Assembly (NCBI GenBank): GCA_008086245.1
Contig: VSIX01000004.1
Location: forward strand, 6,988-70,987
Length of the DNA stretch: 64,000 nt
From: Candidatus Mcinerneyibacterium aminivorans
GTDB taxonomy: Bacteria > Macinerneyibacteriota > Macinerneyibacteria > Macinerneyibacteriales > Macinerneyibacteriaceae
Reading direction: 5' to 3'
Each line of letters begins with the position of its first letter. Positions within the stretch are counted from its first letter, which is position 1. The position numbers and the translations under genes are program-made. Below the pieces are notes generated by a model, which was given only the letters and a program-made list of their open reading frames with translations, ran no database searches and was not told the DNA's origin. Positions 48,149-57,275 of the stretch are shown piece after piece.

Positions 48149-48907
48149 ATGAGAAAATTATTGTTGTACTTAACAGTTTTTGTTTTTATATTTTCGATAT
48201 ATTCCCAGGATGCTGAAAATAAAAAAAGAGGCTATATATCTGCACTGAAAGGAGACGCCCAGAAAAGAAAGGCTGATGAATACAGGTGGCTTGAAGCTAA
48301 ATTAAGAATGGATGTAGAGTCAAGAGATATACTTAGAACACTGCCTGAATCTTTTGCTGAAATTGCTCTGAAGAAAGGAAGCAGGATAAGATTAGCACCT
48401 AAAACAATAGTAAATATGGTTAAGTTATATGAGGAAACCGAAAATAAACTGATAACAAAGATGAAAGTACAAAAGGGTGAAATATGGGGAAATGTAAGGG
48501 ATAAGGGAGAAAGAGAAGTCTTTGAGTTTGAATCAACTGCGATCTCTTCTTCAGTAGTTGGTACTGAATTTCGTATTCAGACCCATAAAAAAGGTTCTAA
48601 AATAAAAGTTTACAGGGGGCAAGTCGAGGTGAAAGGAGTAATAAAAAAAGAAGCTACTAATAAAGATAAAAAAGAAGATATAAAAATTAAAAAACCGGAT
48701 GAGATAGAGGGCCCCACCGAAATAGAGGGACCGAAAGAAGTAACAATGGAAGAGTGGACTCTTATTGTTAAAGAAATGATGGAGCTTGAAGTTAATAAAG
48801 ATGGCGAAATAGTAAAATACAGAAGTATTAACACTAAAAGAGAAGATGATGATAGTGAATGGTATAGATGGAATAAAGAAAGGGATAAGGAACTTATTAT
48901 AAAATGA
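48149..48907 (+). CDS. Secreted FecR-domain protein
   Basis: Signal peptide; LRTLPESFAEI, VQKGEIW and SVVGTEF motifs; tandem EIEGP repeat. Confidence 0.78.
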   Translation: MRKLLLYLTVFVFIFSIYSQDAENKKRGYISALKGDAQKRKADEYRWLEAKLRMDVESRDILRTLPESFAEIALKKGSRIRLAPKTIVNMVKLYEETENKLITKMKVQKGEIWGNVRDKGEREVFEFESTAISSSVVGTEFRIQTHKKGSKIKVYRGQVEVKGVIKKEATNKDKKEDIKIKKPDEIEGPTEIEGPKEVTMEEWTLIVKEMMELEVNKDGEIVKYRSINTKREDDDSEWYRWNKERDKELIIK

Positions 48908-49680
48908 AAATGTTGATTGTAAATGATGATGGTATTTATTCAGATGGCATTTTTTATCTGTGGAAGAAATTAAAAAATATACATGATATAGAAATAGTAG
49001 CACCCCTGCACGAACAATCAGCTGCGAGTCATTCCATAACCCTTTTTCAACCTTTTAGATTTACTAAAGTAAAGAGAAAAAATGAATTTTCGGGGTGGGC
49101 TGTAGAGGGAACCCCGGCTGATTCTGTAAAAATTGCCCTATCATATTTGTTTAAAGATATAAAATTTGATTGTATCATTTCGGGAATCAATAAGGGTTTC
49201 AATACCTCAAATAATATTCTATATTCGGGCACGGTATCCGCTGCAACAGAAGGATATTTAGCGGGAATTCCATCAATAGCTATATCTACTTCCTTTGAAG
49301 GAGATTATCTTGATGAAATTGCTGAATTTGTTAAAAAATTTTTGGAGGGTTGGAAAGAATCGGATTTTTTTGAAAGTAGTGTTTTATTAAATATAAACTA
49401 TCCGAATGAGAAAAAGGAAAACATTAAAGGGATTAAAATTACCAATCAGGGAAAAAGCTTTTATAAAACAAGACTGGAAAAAAGAAAAGATCCGATGGGT
49501 AAAAATTATTACTGGTATAGTGGAGATTTGAAAATTGATGAAAATTCTAATAGTGATGATAGAGCAATATATGAGAAATATATTTCAATTACTCCCCTTA
49601 AGTTTGATTTGACAGATTATGATAGTTTAACTAAAATGAAAAGAGAAAAGGATGATTTATGGAAAAAATTGAAGTATTAA
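48904..49680 (+). CDS. surE: 5'/3'-nucleotidase SurE
   Basis: NDDGIYSDG, VAP...QSAASHS, GTPADSV, SGINKGFN and YSGTVSAA motifs. Confidence 0.96.
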   Translation: MKMLIVNDDGIYSDGIFYLWKKLKNIHDIEIVAPLHEQSAASHSITLFQPFRFTKVKRKNEFSGWAVEGTPADSVKIALSYLFKDIKFDCIISGINKGFNTSNNILYSGTVSAATEGYLAGIPSIAISTSFEGDYLDEIAEFVKKFLEGWKESDFFESSVLLNINYPNEKKENIKGIKITNQGKSFYKTRLEKRKDPMGKNYYWYSGDLKIDENSNSDDRAIYEKYISITPLKFDLTDYDSLTKMKREKDDLWKKLKY

Positions 49681-50123
49681 AAAATAATTACCTTTTTAAA
49701 AATATACCGGTATCATATTTTCCCAAGATTACATCCTATTTTTCTAAAATTGATATTCAGGATGATAAAAAATTATTTGAAGAGGGAGACCGGGGGGATT
49801 TTTTGTATCTTATTGGAAAAGGTAAGGTTAGTATAATCATAAATATTGAAAATATTGGACAGGAAGGGATAGCTGTTTTAACACAAAATGAATTTTTTGG
49901 AGAGATGTCTATACTTGATGGCGGGAGAAGAAGTGCAACAGCTATCGCCAGGGAAGAAACAGTACTTTTAAAAATTAACAGAGAAAATTTTCTCGAATTG
50001 CTTGATAAAAAAGCAGATTATTCCACTATTATACTAAGGAATCTTGTTGAAAAAATTTCCAAAAGAATCAAAAATACAAGTGAGAAATTAAACTCATTTT
50101 ATTTAATGAATATGGAAGGGTAA
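49659..50123 (+). CDS. Stand-alone cyclic nucleotide-binding domain protein
   Basis: LFEEGDRGDFLYLIGKGKV and FFGEMSILDGGRRSATA motifs; no HTH domain. Confidence 0.9.
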   Translation: MEKIEVLKNNYLFKNIPVSYFPKITSYFSKIDIQDDKKLFEEGDRGDFLYLIGKGKVSIIINIENIGQEGIAVLTQNEFFGEMSILDGGRRSATAIAREETVLLKINRENFLELLDKKADYSTIILRNLVEKISKRIKNTSEKLNSFYLMNMEG

Positions 50124-50127
50124 TTCC

Positions 50128-50580
50128 ATGATTGAAAAATATTATTTGTTTGAAGAATTGGGCAAGCAGGAATCCGCTACTATTGAAAAAAGGCTTTTTT
50201 TAAAACATTATGATAAAAAAACAATAATATTTGAAGAAGATGATATAGTAGATTCAATTTACTTTATTGAACAGGGAGAGGTCGAAATATATAAAAAAGT
50301 TTCGGGGGAAAAACAGCAGCATATAATAAATTTAAGCAAGGGAGAATTTTTTGGTGAGATAGGAACATTAAACGACAATAAAAGATTTGCAAATGCAAAA
50401 GCCAAAACGGATGTCCAGGCTCTTGTCCTATTAAAATCGGATTTCGAACGAATATTAAAAAATGACAGGAATATTAGATATAAGATATATAAGAATTTTT
50501 TAAATGAAATGATCAAAAGGTTGAGGTTATCTGATACCAAATTCAAGAAATTTTTTAGAACTGTTTTAAGAGGTAATTAA
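50128..50580 (+). CDS. Stand-alone cyclic nucleotide-binding domain protein
   Basis: IFEEDD...YFIEQGEVEI and FFGEIGTL...RFANA motifs; no HTH domain. Confidence 0.9.
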   Translation: MIEKYYLFEELGKQESATIEKRLFLKHYDKKTIIFEEDDIVDSIYFIEQGEVEIYKKVSGEKQQHIINLSKGEFFGEIGTLNDNKRFANAKAKTDVQALVLLKSDFERILKNDRNIRYKIYKNFLNEMIKRLRLSDTKFKKFFRTVLRGN

Positions 50581-50584
50581 TTTC

Positions 50585-52273
50585 ATGAAGAGACTCGATC
50601 TTTTCTCCAGATTTAAAATTGTATTTAATGATGAGGCTTATCTTTTTTTTAAAGATGTATACGAAGTTTTAAAACAGCTTTATTCTATTGATTCAATGAT
50701 TCTATTTGATATGGATCACAATAAATGTTTATCTTATGGTACAGATAAAAAGGGTTTTGAGATAGAAAACTGGATGGAAAAGTATGTAGATGAGTTTGTA
50801 GAAAAAGATGATATTTACTATTCTAACGATTGTAAAAATGATGAAAAGTTTAGAGAGCTTTATAAACGTTTTAATGCTTCAACATCTATCTTCATCCCTT
50901 TAAAAGCAATTTTGGAAACGGAACCAAATATGGGCGAGAAAAGGGTGTTTAATAAAGTAGAAGATTTAATAAATATAAATTTCAAAGAAAAAAATGCAAT
51001 TAGTGAAATTCATATTCTCCAGCTGGGGCTGCTTTTAAATCAATATTTGATTAGATATCAGACGATTAAAGAGCTTAAATCTTTTGTGAATGTTAATACT
51101 GCTATTTATGAGGAAACTCCATACGGTCTAATGGTAATGGATGAAAATTTTATAGCTAATGTAAATATGTCAGGAAGAGAAATTTTAAATATATCCAAAA
51201 AAACATCAATGGTTTGTTCAAGAATGGGCTTATGCTATTACTGTAGCAAAAATAGCTGTGAGTACAGGGAAAAACATCTAATAAATATTAAAGAATATTT
51301 TAATGATGAACAGATAGAAATGATGGACAATAAGATGGAGGCGGCTTTTCAAACTTTTGAGCCGCAGCATTTACAGTTATGGTTTGATAATAAATTTTTA
51401 AGATTTACTATTGTGCCATTTGTGCTTGAAGAAGAAAGCTTAAAGAAGTTTTATGAGGATAAAGATAGAAAGTCTGTTATCAGTGCAATAATTTCATTTC
51501 AGGATATTACCGATACAGTTGAAAAACAAAAGCTGAAAAGAGATCTGGAAATAGCGAGAAAAATTCAGATGAATCTTCTTCCTAAAAGAGAACTTTCAAT
51601 AAATAATTACGATATAAAAGCTGCTTATGTTCCGGCCCAGGAAGTGGGTGGAGATTATTATGATATAATAAAACTTGAGGATAAAAACAAACTCGGTATT
51701 GTTATTGGTGATGTTAGCGGAAAAGGTATAGCCTCCGCATTATTCGTGGGTGAGCTAAAGGGGGTTATAAACTCCAGTTTTTCCTTTTTTGACAATATCC
51801 GGGATATTGTTTTATACATTAATAAATATTTAAGGGAATCCAAGCAGAAAGATTTTTTTGTTACCTCAATAATTGGAACTATTGATTTTGATACCAATGA
51901 ATTTAGCTGGATAAGATGCGGCCATAATGAGCCGTTGTACTACAACAGCAAAAAGAAAAGGTCAAAATATTTAAAAAATCCGGGTATAGGATTAAATTTG
52001 AGCAATCAAAACCTGTTTGAAAAAAGCATAGAGCTAAAAAAGGAAAAATTAAGCAGAGGGGATGTTCTTCTGCTTTATACAGATGGCATTATAGAAAGAA
52101 TGGATCATAACAAAGAGGTTTACGGGATGGAAAGATTGCAGAAAGTATTTGATAATAATGTTAAAGGTAAATCTTCAGATATTGTTAAAGCAACTATAAA
52201 CGATCTGGAAAAATTTGTTGAGCACAGCGAACGTACGGATGATATGACACTATTATCTATAAAACTGAAATAG
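50585..52273 (+). CDS. PAS-like-PP2C/SpoIIE protein phosphatase
   Basis: ARKIQMNLLP, VGGDYYD, IGDVSGKGIASAL, YTDGIIE and DDMT motifs. Confidence 0.9.
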   Translation: MKRLDLFSRFKIVFNDEAYLFFKDVYEVLKQLYSIDSMILFDMDHNKCLSYGTDKKGFEIENWMEKYVDEFVEKDDIYYSNDCKNDEKFRELYKRFNASTSIFIPLKAILETEPNMGEKRVFNKVEDLININFKEKNAISEIHILQLGLLLNQYLIRYQTIKELKSFVNVNTAIYEETPYGLMVMDENFIANVNMSGREILNISKKTSMVCSRMGLCYYCSKNSCEYREKHLINIKEYFNDEQIEMMDNKMEAAFQTFEPQHLQLWFDNKFLRFTIVPFVLEEESLKKFYEDKDRKSVISAIISFQDITDTVEKQKLKRDLEIARKIQMNLLPKRELSINNYDIKAAYVPAQEVGGDYYDIIKLEDKNKLGIVIGDVSGKGIASALFVGELKGVINSSFSFFDNIRDIVLYINKYLRESKQKDFFVTSIIGTIDFDTNEFSWIRCGHNEPLYYNSKKKRSKYLKNPGIGLNLSNQNLFEKSIELKKEKLSRGDVLLLYTDGIIERMDHNKEVYGMERLQKVFDNNVKGKSSDIVKATINDLEKFVEHSERTDDMTLLSIKLK

Positions 52274-52281
52274 GAGAGACT

Positions 52282-53418
52282 ATGATAGAAAATTTAGTAG
52301 TGGGAGCGGGTGTTGCCGGTTGTGTAATAGCCAATAGACTGGCCCAAAAAAACAAACAGGTTTTAATTGTTGAAAAAAGAAATAAAATAGGAGGCCAGGC
52401 TCATGATAGTTATAATAAAAAAAATGTTTTAGTCCATGATTATGGTCCACATATTTTTCATACTGATTCAGAAGAGGTTTTTAAGCTTCTTTCTGAATAT
52501 ACAGACTGGATTCTTTATAATCATGAGGTTTTAGGTTTTATCGATAACAATTTCGTTCCTATTCCTTTCAATATTAATTCTATTGCAAAATTGTTTCCCT
52601 CTGAAAAAGGTAATAAATATATAAAAAATTTAATCAGTTATTTCAATTACGGGGAAAAAATTACAATATGGGATTTGAAAAATTCCAGTAATGAGATATT
52701 AAAAGAACTGGCAGAATACATTTATAACAAAGTGTTCTATAATTATACGCTTAAACAGTGGGACTGCTCTCCCGAACAGCTTGATAGGGAGGTAACTTCA
52801 AAAGTTCCGGTAAATATTTCAAAAGATAACAGGTATTTCTTTGATAAATATCAAATGATTCCTGCTGAGGGATATACTACAATGTTTAGAAAAATGATTG
52901 AAATGGACAATATCAGTTTGTTATTAAACACCGATTTTAAAGACATATTATCGATTAAAAATGGTGATTTTAAACTATATGAAACCATCAGGGTTAAAAA
53001 TATTTTTTATACAGCACCTATTGATTATTTTTTCGATTTTGAGTTTGGAAAGCTGCCTTATAGGTCTTTAAAGTTTAAACATGAAACTTATAGCAGAAAA
53101 TATTATCAGCAAAACGCAGTAATTAACTACCCAAATAACTATGATTTTACGAGAGTAACCGAATTTAAACATATTACAAAACAAAAAACACCGTTTACGA
53201 CTATTGCAAAAGAATACCCCCAAAAATGTAATTTAGAAGATGGGGACATTCCCTATTACCCAATACCAAAACGGGATAATAGAGAAATATATTATAAATA
53301 CAGTGCAAAAGTAAAGAGGATGAAAAATTTTTATCCTGTAGGAAGACTGGCACAGTATGAATATTTAAATATGACCCAGGCTATTGAAAACGCCCTAAAG
53401 ACGGTGGCAAAGTTATAA
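52282..53418 (+). CDS. glf: UDP-galactopyranose mutase
   Basis: GAGVAG, HDYGPHIFHT, YTLKQW, RYFFDKYQMIP, PYYP and GRLAQYEY motifs. Confidence 0.95.
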   Translation: MIENLVVGAGVAGCVIANRLAQKNKQVLIVEKRNKIGGQAHDSYNKKNVLVHDYGPHIFHTDSEEVFKLLSEYTDWILYNHEVLGFIDNNFVPIPFNINSIAKLFPSEKGNKYIKNLISYFNYGEKITIWDLKNSSNEILKELAEYIYNKVFYNYTLKQWDCSPEQLDREVTSKVPVNISKDNRYFFDKYQMIPAEGYTTMFRKMIEMDNISLLLNTDFKDILSIKNGDFKLYETIRVKNIFYTAPIDYFFDFEFGKLPYRSLKFKHETYSRKYYQQNAVINYPNNYDFTRVTEFKHITKQKTPFTTIAKEYPQKCNLEDGDIPYYPIPKRDNREIYYKYSAKVKRMKNFYPVGRLAQYEYLNMTQAIENALKTVAKL

Positions 53419-53419
53419 T

Positions 53420-54718
53420 ATGACTTATCAAGAAGCTATTGACTATTTAAATTCCTTTATAAATTATGAGAAAAAAAGAACAAAAAAATACAACAGTGAA
53501 CTGTATAACTTAGAAGAATTTAGAAATATTGCAGAAAAGTTTGATAATCCTCAAAATGATATTAAAACCATTCATGTAGCCGGTTCTAAAGGCAAGGGTT
53601 CAACGGTGGAATATATAAGCAATATTTTGATTGAAAATGGGTTTAAAGTTGGCACTTTTACTTCTCCTCATTTATATGATGTTAAAGAGAGGATAAGGAT
53701 TAATAAAGAACAAATTAACAAATCCGATTTTGCAAAAATTACGCGAAAAATAAGTGAAACAATTGACCGGGAAAATATAAAAAAACGCTACCGAACTTTT
53801 TTCGAGCTTATTACTCTAATGAGTTTTTTATATTTTAAAAAAAATAATGTGGATTATGCAGTATATGAAGTGGGCCTTGGAGGAAGACTGGATACCACCA
53901 ACATAATAAAACCTGAGGTTTCAGTTATAACATTAATTGATTTGGAACATACAAATCTTCTGGGTAATACTTTAAAAAAAATTGCCTATGAAAAGGCAGG
54001 TATAATTAAGGAAAATATTCCGGTGGTTATAAGCAAACAAAAGAGAAAGGATGTTGCCAATTATTTTACTAAAATATCTCAAAGAAGAAAAGCTTTACTT
54101 TTTTTGTACGGTAGAGATTTTAAAGTAGTAAAGGATAGATTTATACTGGAAAATGGAAAGCAAATCGGTCCAATAAAGTTAAAAATGGAGGGGGCTCATC
54201 AGCTTGTTAATGCTGTTACTGCTCTTCAGGCAACAAGAGTATTAAATGTGGATATGGATGTTAACAGATCAATATCAGCCCTAATAAATACAAAAATTAA
54301 GGGACGGATTGATATAAGAAGAATTCGAAAGCGAATTGTTATTCTGGATACGGGGCATACTCCCGAATCGATAAAAGTTTTGTTTGAAGTGCTCCAAAAG
54401 AAATATGAAAAATTTACTTCAAGAAATGTTTTTTCAATAATCTCCTTTTCGTCCGGGAAAAAAATAAAAAAAATGCTTGAGTATGAATCCCGATTTAATA
54501 CCAGGATGATTTTTACTGAAAATTCTTCTTTTAGATCTGCTACAATAAAGGAAATGGAAAAATTTATATCCCCCTTTAAATCTTTTAAGAAATTGGAAAA
54601 AGCTTTTAGCTTTGCAATGGAAAAATCCCGGGAGAATGATATAATATTGATACATGGATCTTTTTATCTAATGAATGATGTTAATAAAGTATTAGGAGAA
54701 TATGGCGAAAAATTATAA
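53420..54718 (+). CDS. folC: Folylpolyglutamate synthase/dihydrofolate synthase
   Basis: IHVAGSKGKGST, FTSPHL, EVGLGGRLDTTN and IAYEKAGIIK motifs. Confidence 0.93.
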   Translation: MTYQEAIDYLNSFINYEKKRTKKYNSELYNLEEFRNIAEKFDNPQNDIKTIHVAGSKGKGSTVEYISNILIENGFKVGTFTSPHLYDVKERIRINKEQINKSDFAKITRKISETIDRENIKKRYRTFFELITLMSFLYFKKNNVDYAVYEVGLGGRLDTTNIIKPEVSVITLIDLEHTNLLGNTLKKIAYEKAGIIKENIPVVISKQKRKDVANYFTKISQRRKALLFLYGRDFKVVKDRFILENGKQIGPIKLKMEGAHQLVNAVTALQATRVLNVDMDVNRSISALINTKIKGRIDIRRIRKRIVILDTGHTPESIKVLFEVLQKKYEKFTSRNVFSIISFSSGKKIKKMLEYESRFNTRMIFTENSSFRSATIKEMEKFISPFKSFKKLEKAFSFAMEKSRENDIILIHGSFYLMNDVNKVLGEYGEKL

Positions 54719-55283
54719 GGAATTAACAGATTTCGAATTAGTCAAACTTATTGAAGAGGGGGATATTAAAGCTTTTGAAGAGATTTTTGAACGATACAGG
54801 ATGTTTGTAAAAAATATTGCCCGGAAATTTTCCAACGAGAACAATCGTGTTGAGGAGATTTTACAAAATACATTTTTGAAGGTCTTTATGAAAATAGACC
54901 AGTTTAAAAAAAATGCAAAGTTCTCCTCATGGTTATATACAATTTGTAAAAATGAAGGCCGAATGTTTCTTCGAGAAAGAGAAAAATACAGAAAATTTAA
55001 AAATATAGAGGATAGAATGGATCACTTTGAAAGAAAAGAGAATAAAAGTATAGATGAAAAGGTTGAGCTCAAAGATCTTAAAAAGACAGTAAAAAAAGCT
55101 ATAAGTGAATTGCCAAAACACTATCAGCAGGTTTTAAAAAAAGCAGCCTTTGAGGGGAAAAAATATCAGGAAATTGCAGAAGAGCTGGATTTGACTACCC
55201 CACAGGTTAAAAGTAGACTTTACAGAGCCCGTCAGAAGTTAAAGGAGATGCTTGCTAAGCATATAAAATATACCTCATATTAA
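54702..55283 (+). CDS. ECF (group 4) sigma factor, RpoE/SigW-like
   Basis: Region 2 EEILQNTFLKV...FSSWLYTI; region 4 YQEIAEELDL...VKSRLYRAR. Confidence 0.93.
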   Translation: MAKNYKELTDFELVKLIEEGDIKAFEEIFERYRMFVKNIARKFSNENNRVEEILQNTFLKVFMKIDQFKKNAKFSSWLYTICKNEGRMFLREREKYRKFKNIEDRMDHFERKENKSIDEKVELKDLKKTVKKAISELPKHYQQVLKKAAFEGKKYQEIAEELDLTTPQVKSRLYRARQKLKEMLAKHIKYTSY

Positions 55284-55291
55284 GCAGAGAT

Positions 55292-55326
55292 TAGTGAATA
55301 GTAAATAGTGAATAGTTGATAGTTGA
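55292..55326. repeat. Heptamer tandem repeat TAGT(G/A/T)(A/G)A x5
   Basis: TAGTGAA TAGTAAA TAGTGAA TAGTTGA TAGTTGA, between two convergent genes. Confidence 0.85.
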
Positions 55327-55353
55327 TGTCAAACCTATCTCTAGTTCATAAAT

Positions 55354-56106
55354 TTAGCTTAGTTGTGCTATAACACAGTACCACTTCATTTTTTCAAAAT
55401 CATCTATCTGGGGGAAAATATGATTAATTATTTTGATATTTTTAAATCCCAGTTTCTCAAGATTATGAACCAAAAAATCTGCCTTAACGGGATAATATTT
55501 CTCCTGGAATATTTTTTTATCATAAATTTCATTATCCTTTTCATGGTAGATTATAATATTGAAAATGATTGAGCCATCATCGTTATAATCCCATACCTGG
55601 ATGTAATTAATACGTTTATTTTCTTTAATAATTGGATCAAGTATATAAAATCTTTTTTTCTTTTCTAATATTCTATCCCAGTTTCTTAAATCAAAATAAA
55701 TGTATCCATCCTTTTTGATTAAATTCTTCATTTCTTTTAAAACTTTTTTTAGATTTTTATTTTTTACATGGGGCAGGGAATTGCCGGTGGAAATAACACA
55801 GTCAAATTTTTTGTCAAATTGGGATGATATATTTTTAAAATTGCATATTCTAAGATCAATATCAATATTTTTGTCGGCGAATTTCTCTTTAGCTTTTTCA
55901 AGCATGTTTTTATTTAAATCTGTTCCAGCAATTTCATATCCCAGTTCGGCAAGAGGTAAAGTTAAATTAGCTGTTCCGATGCTTACATCTAATATTGTTT
56001 TAATATTTTTATCTTCAAAAACATACCTATAGAAATCTTTTATTTTCTCATGTTGTTTATCGGTAAAAAACATATCATACAGTTCGGGGTAATTATAAAA
56101 ACTCAT
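55354..56106 (-). CDS. Class I SAM-dependent methyltransferase
   Basis: ILDVSIGTA, GTDLNKNML and FDCVISTGNSLPH motifs. Confidence 0.9.
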   Translation of the reverse strand: MSFYNYPELYDMFFTDKQHEKIKDFYRYVFEDKNIKTILDVSIGTANLTLPLAELGYEIAGTDLNKNMLEKAKEKFADKNIDIDLRICNFKNISSQFDKKFDCVISTGNSLPHVKNKNLKKVLKEMKNLIKKDGYIYFDLRNWDRILEKKKRFYILDPIIKENKRINYIQVWDYNDDGSIIFNIIIYHEKDNEIYDKKIFQEKYYPVKADFLVHNLEKLGFKNIKIINHIFPQIDDFEKMKWYCVIAQLS

Positions 56107-56163
56107 AAATACTCCTTTTTACAAGTATATTTTATAAAAAATTTTTATCAATTATTGAATAAT

Positions 56164-56190
56164 AAAAAAAGGGAGGGAACCTCCCTTTTT
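56164..56190 (-). terminator. Intrinsic terminator after the TPR gene
   Basis: GGGAGG-TTC-CCTCCC stem followed by T7 on the minus strand, about 25 nt after the stop. Confidence 0.75.
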
Positions 56191-56215
56191 CGAATTTATT
56201 AACGAGTATTAGTTC

Positions 56216-57151
56216 TTACTGTAAATATTTTTGCTGTACGTAGTTGGCCCATTTGGTGCATGCTTTTCCATATTTCCCAGAATAGGATGAACCCTGGTTG
56301 TAATAATTATAAGCTTCCTGATAATTTTTAGCTTGAAGATAGATACCGCCAAGTAAATAATAATTCTTACCAGATCTTTTCATCTTTAGTAAACTTTTAC
56401 CTGCTGAAATAGCTTTATTATATTGTCCTGCGTTTTTATAGGACTGTGCTAAAAAATAATGACCATTTTCAAAACCGGGTTTTAGCTCGGTAACCTTAAC
56501 AAAGTTGTCAGCAGCTTTTGTATATTGTTTTTGCTTGTAATAAGTTAATCCCAGATAATAGTATGCATTTGGATATTCTCTAATTTCTGTTGCCTTACCC
56601 AAATATTGAGCTGCATTTGAGTATTTTTTGGCCATGTAATAGATTTTTCCCATTTCGTACATGGATTTGTAGTCATTAGAATTGATTTCTGTAGCTTTTT
56701 TAAAGCTATTTAAAGCTTTTGACCATTCTTTTTTCTTTGAATAGCTCTTTCCTACCATGTAGTAAGCTGTATATGAAGGTTCTTCAGCTATATTAAAATA
56801 TTTTTCTCCATTTTTTATTACTTTATCATAATTTTTCATATTATAATGAGCCTGAACAATTAGATTTAATGCTTCCTTGTTCTTGGGTTCTATATTTAAA
56901 ACTTCTTTTAGTGGAGCTACGGCTTCATTCCAGTTTTGAAGTTTGAAATGAGCATTAGCGAGTCCTAGACGGGAATTTACGTGCTTTTTGTCCTTCATGG
57001 CTGCACTTTTGAACTTGGTAATAGCCTCCTGAGTTTTTCCGTTTTTAAGAAGTTTAACCCCTTCATTGTACAAACTTGAAGCATCCTGCGCAAAAACAAA
57101 AGTAGTAATTAAAGTTAATGTTAATAGAATAAAAGTTAGTTTTTTTAGCAT
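56216..57151 (-). CDS. Secreted tetratricopeptide-repeat protein
   Basis: Signal peptide ending VFA-QD; about 8 TPR-like repeats (YYMVGKSY, AYYYLGLTYY). Confidence 0.88.
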   Translation of the reverse strand: MLKKLTFILLTLTLITTFVFAQDASSLYNEGVKLLKNGKTQEAITKFKSAAMKDKKHVNSRLGLANAHFKLQNWNEAVAPLKEVLNIEPKNKEALNLIVQAHYNMKNYDKVIKNGEKYFNIAEEPSYTAYYMVGKSYSKKKEWSKALNSFKKATEINSNDYKSMYEMGKIYYMAKKYSNAAQYLGKATEIREYPNAYYYLGLTYYKQKQYTKAADNFVKVTELKPGFENGHYFLAQSYKNAGQYNKAISAGKSLLKMKRSGKNYYLLGGIYLQAKNYQEAYNYYNQGSSYSGKYGKACTKWANYVQQKYLQ

Positions 57152-57197
57152 TATTTACCTCCCTTGATAAATTTAACCCATTAAATAATTAATAAAC

Positions 57198-57225
57198 TTG
57201 ACATATACAAGATTATAAATAAAAT
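57198..57225 (+). promoter_or_regulatory. Putative sigma-70 promoter of the M42 operon
   Basis: TTGACA-16 nt-TAAAAT. Confidence 0.5.
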
Positions 57226-57239
57226 ATTAAATAAGTCAA
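57212..57239 (-). promoter_or_regulatory. Putative sigma-70 promoter of the TPR gene
   Basis: TTGACT-16 nt-TATAAT on the minus strand. Confidence 0.5.
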
Positions 57240-57275
57240 GAATTTAAAATTAAGGGCCTGAAAGGAGGTAATTAA

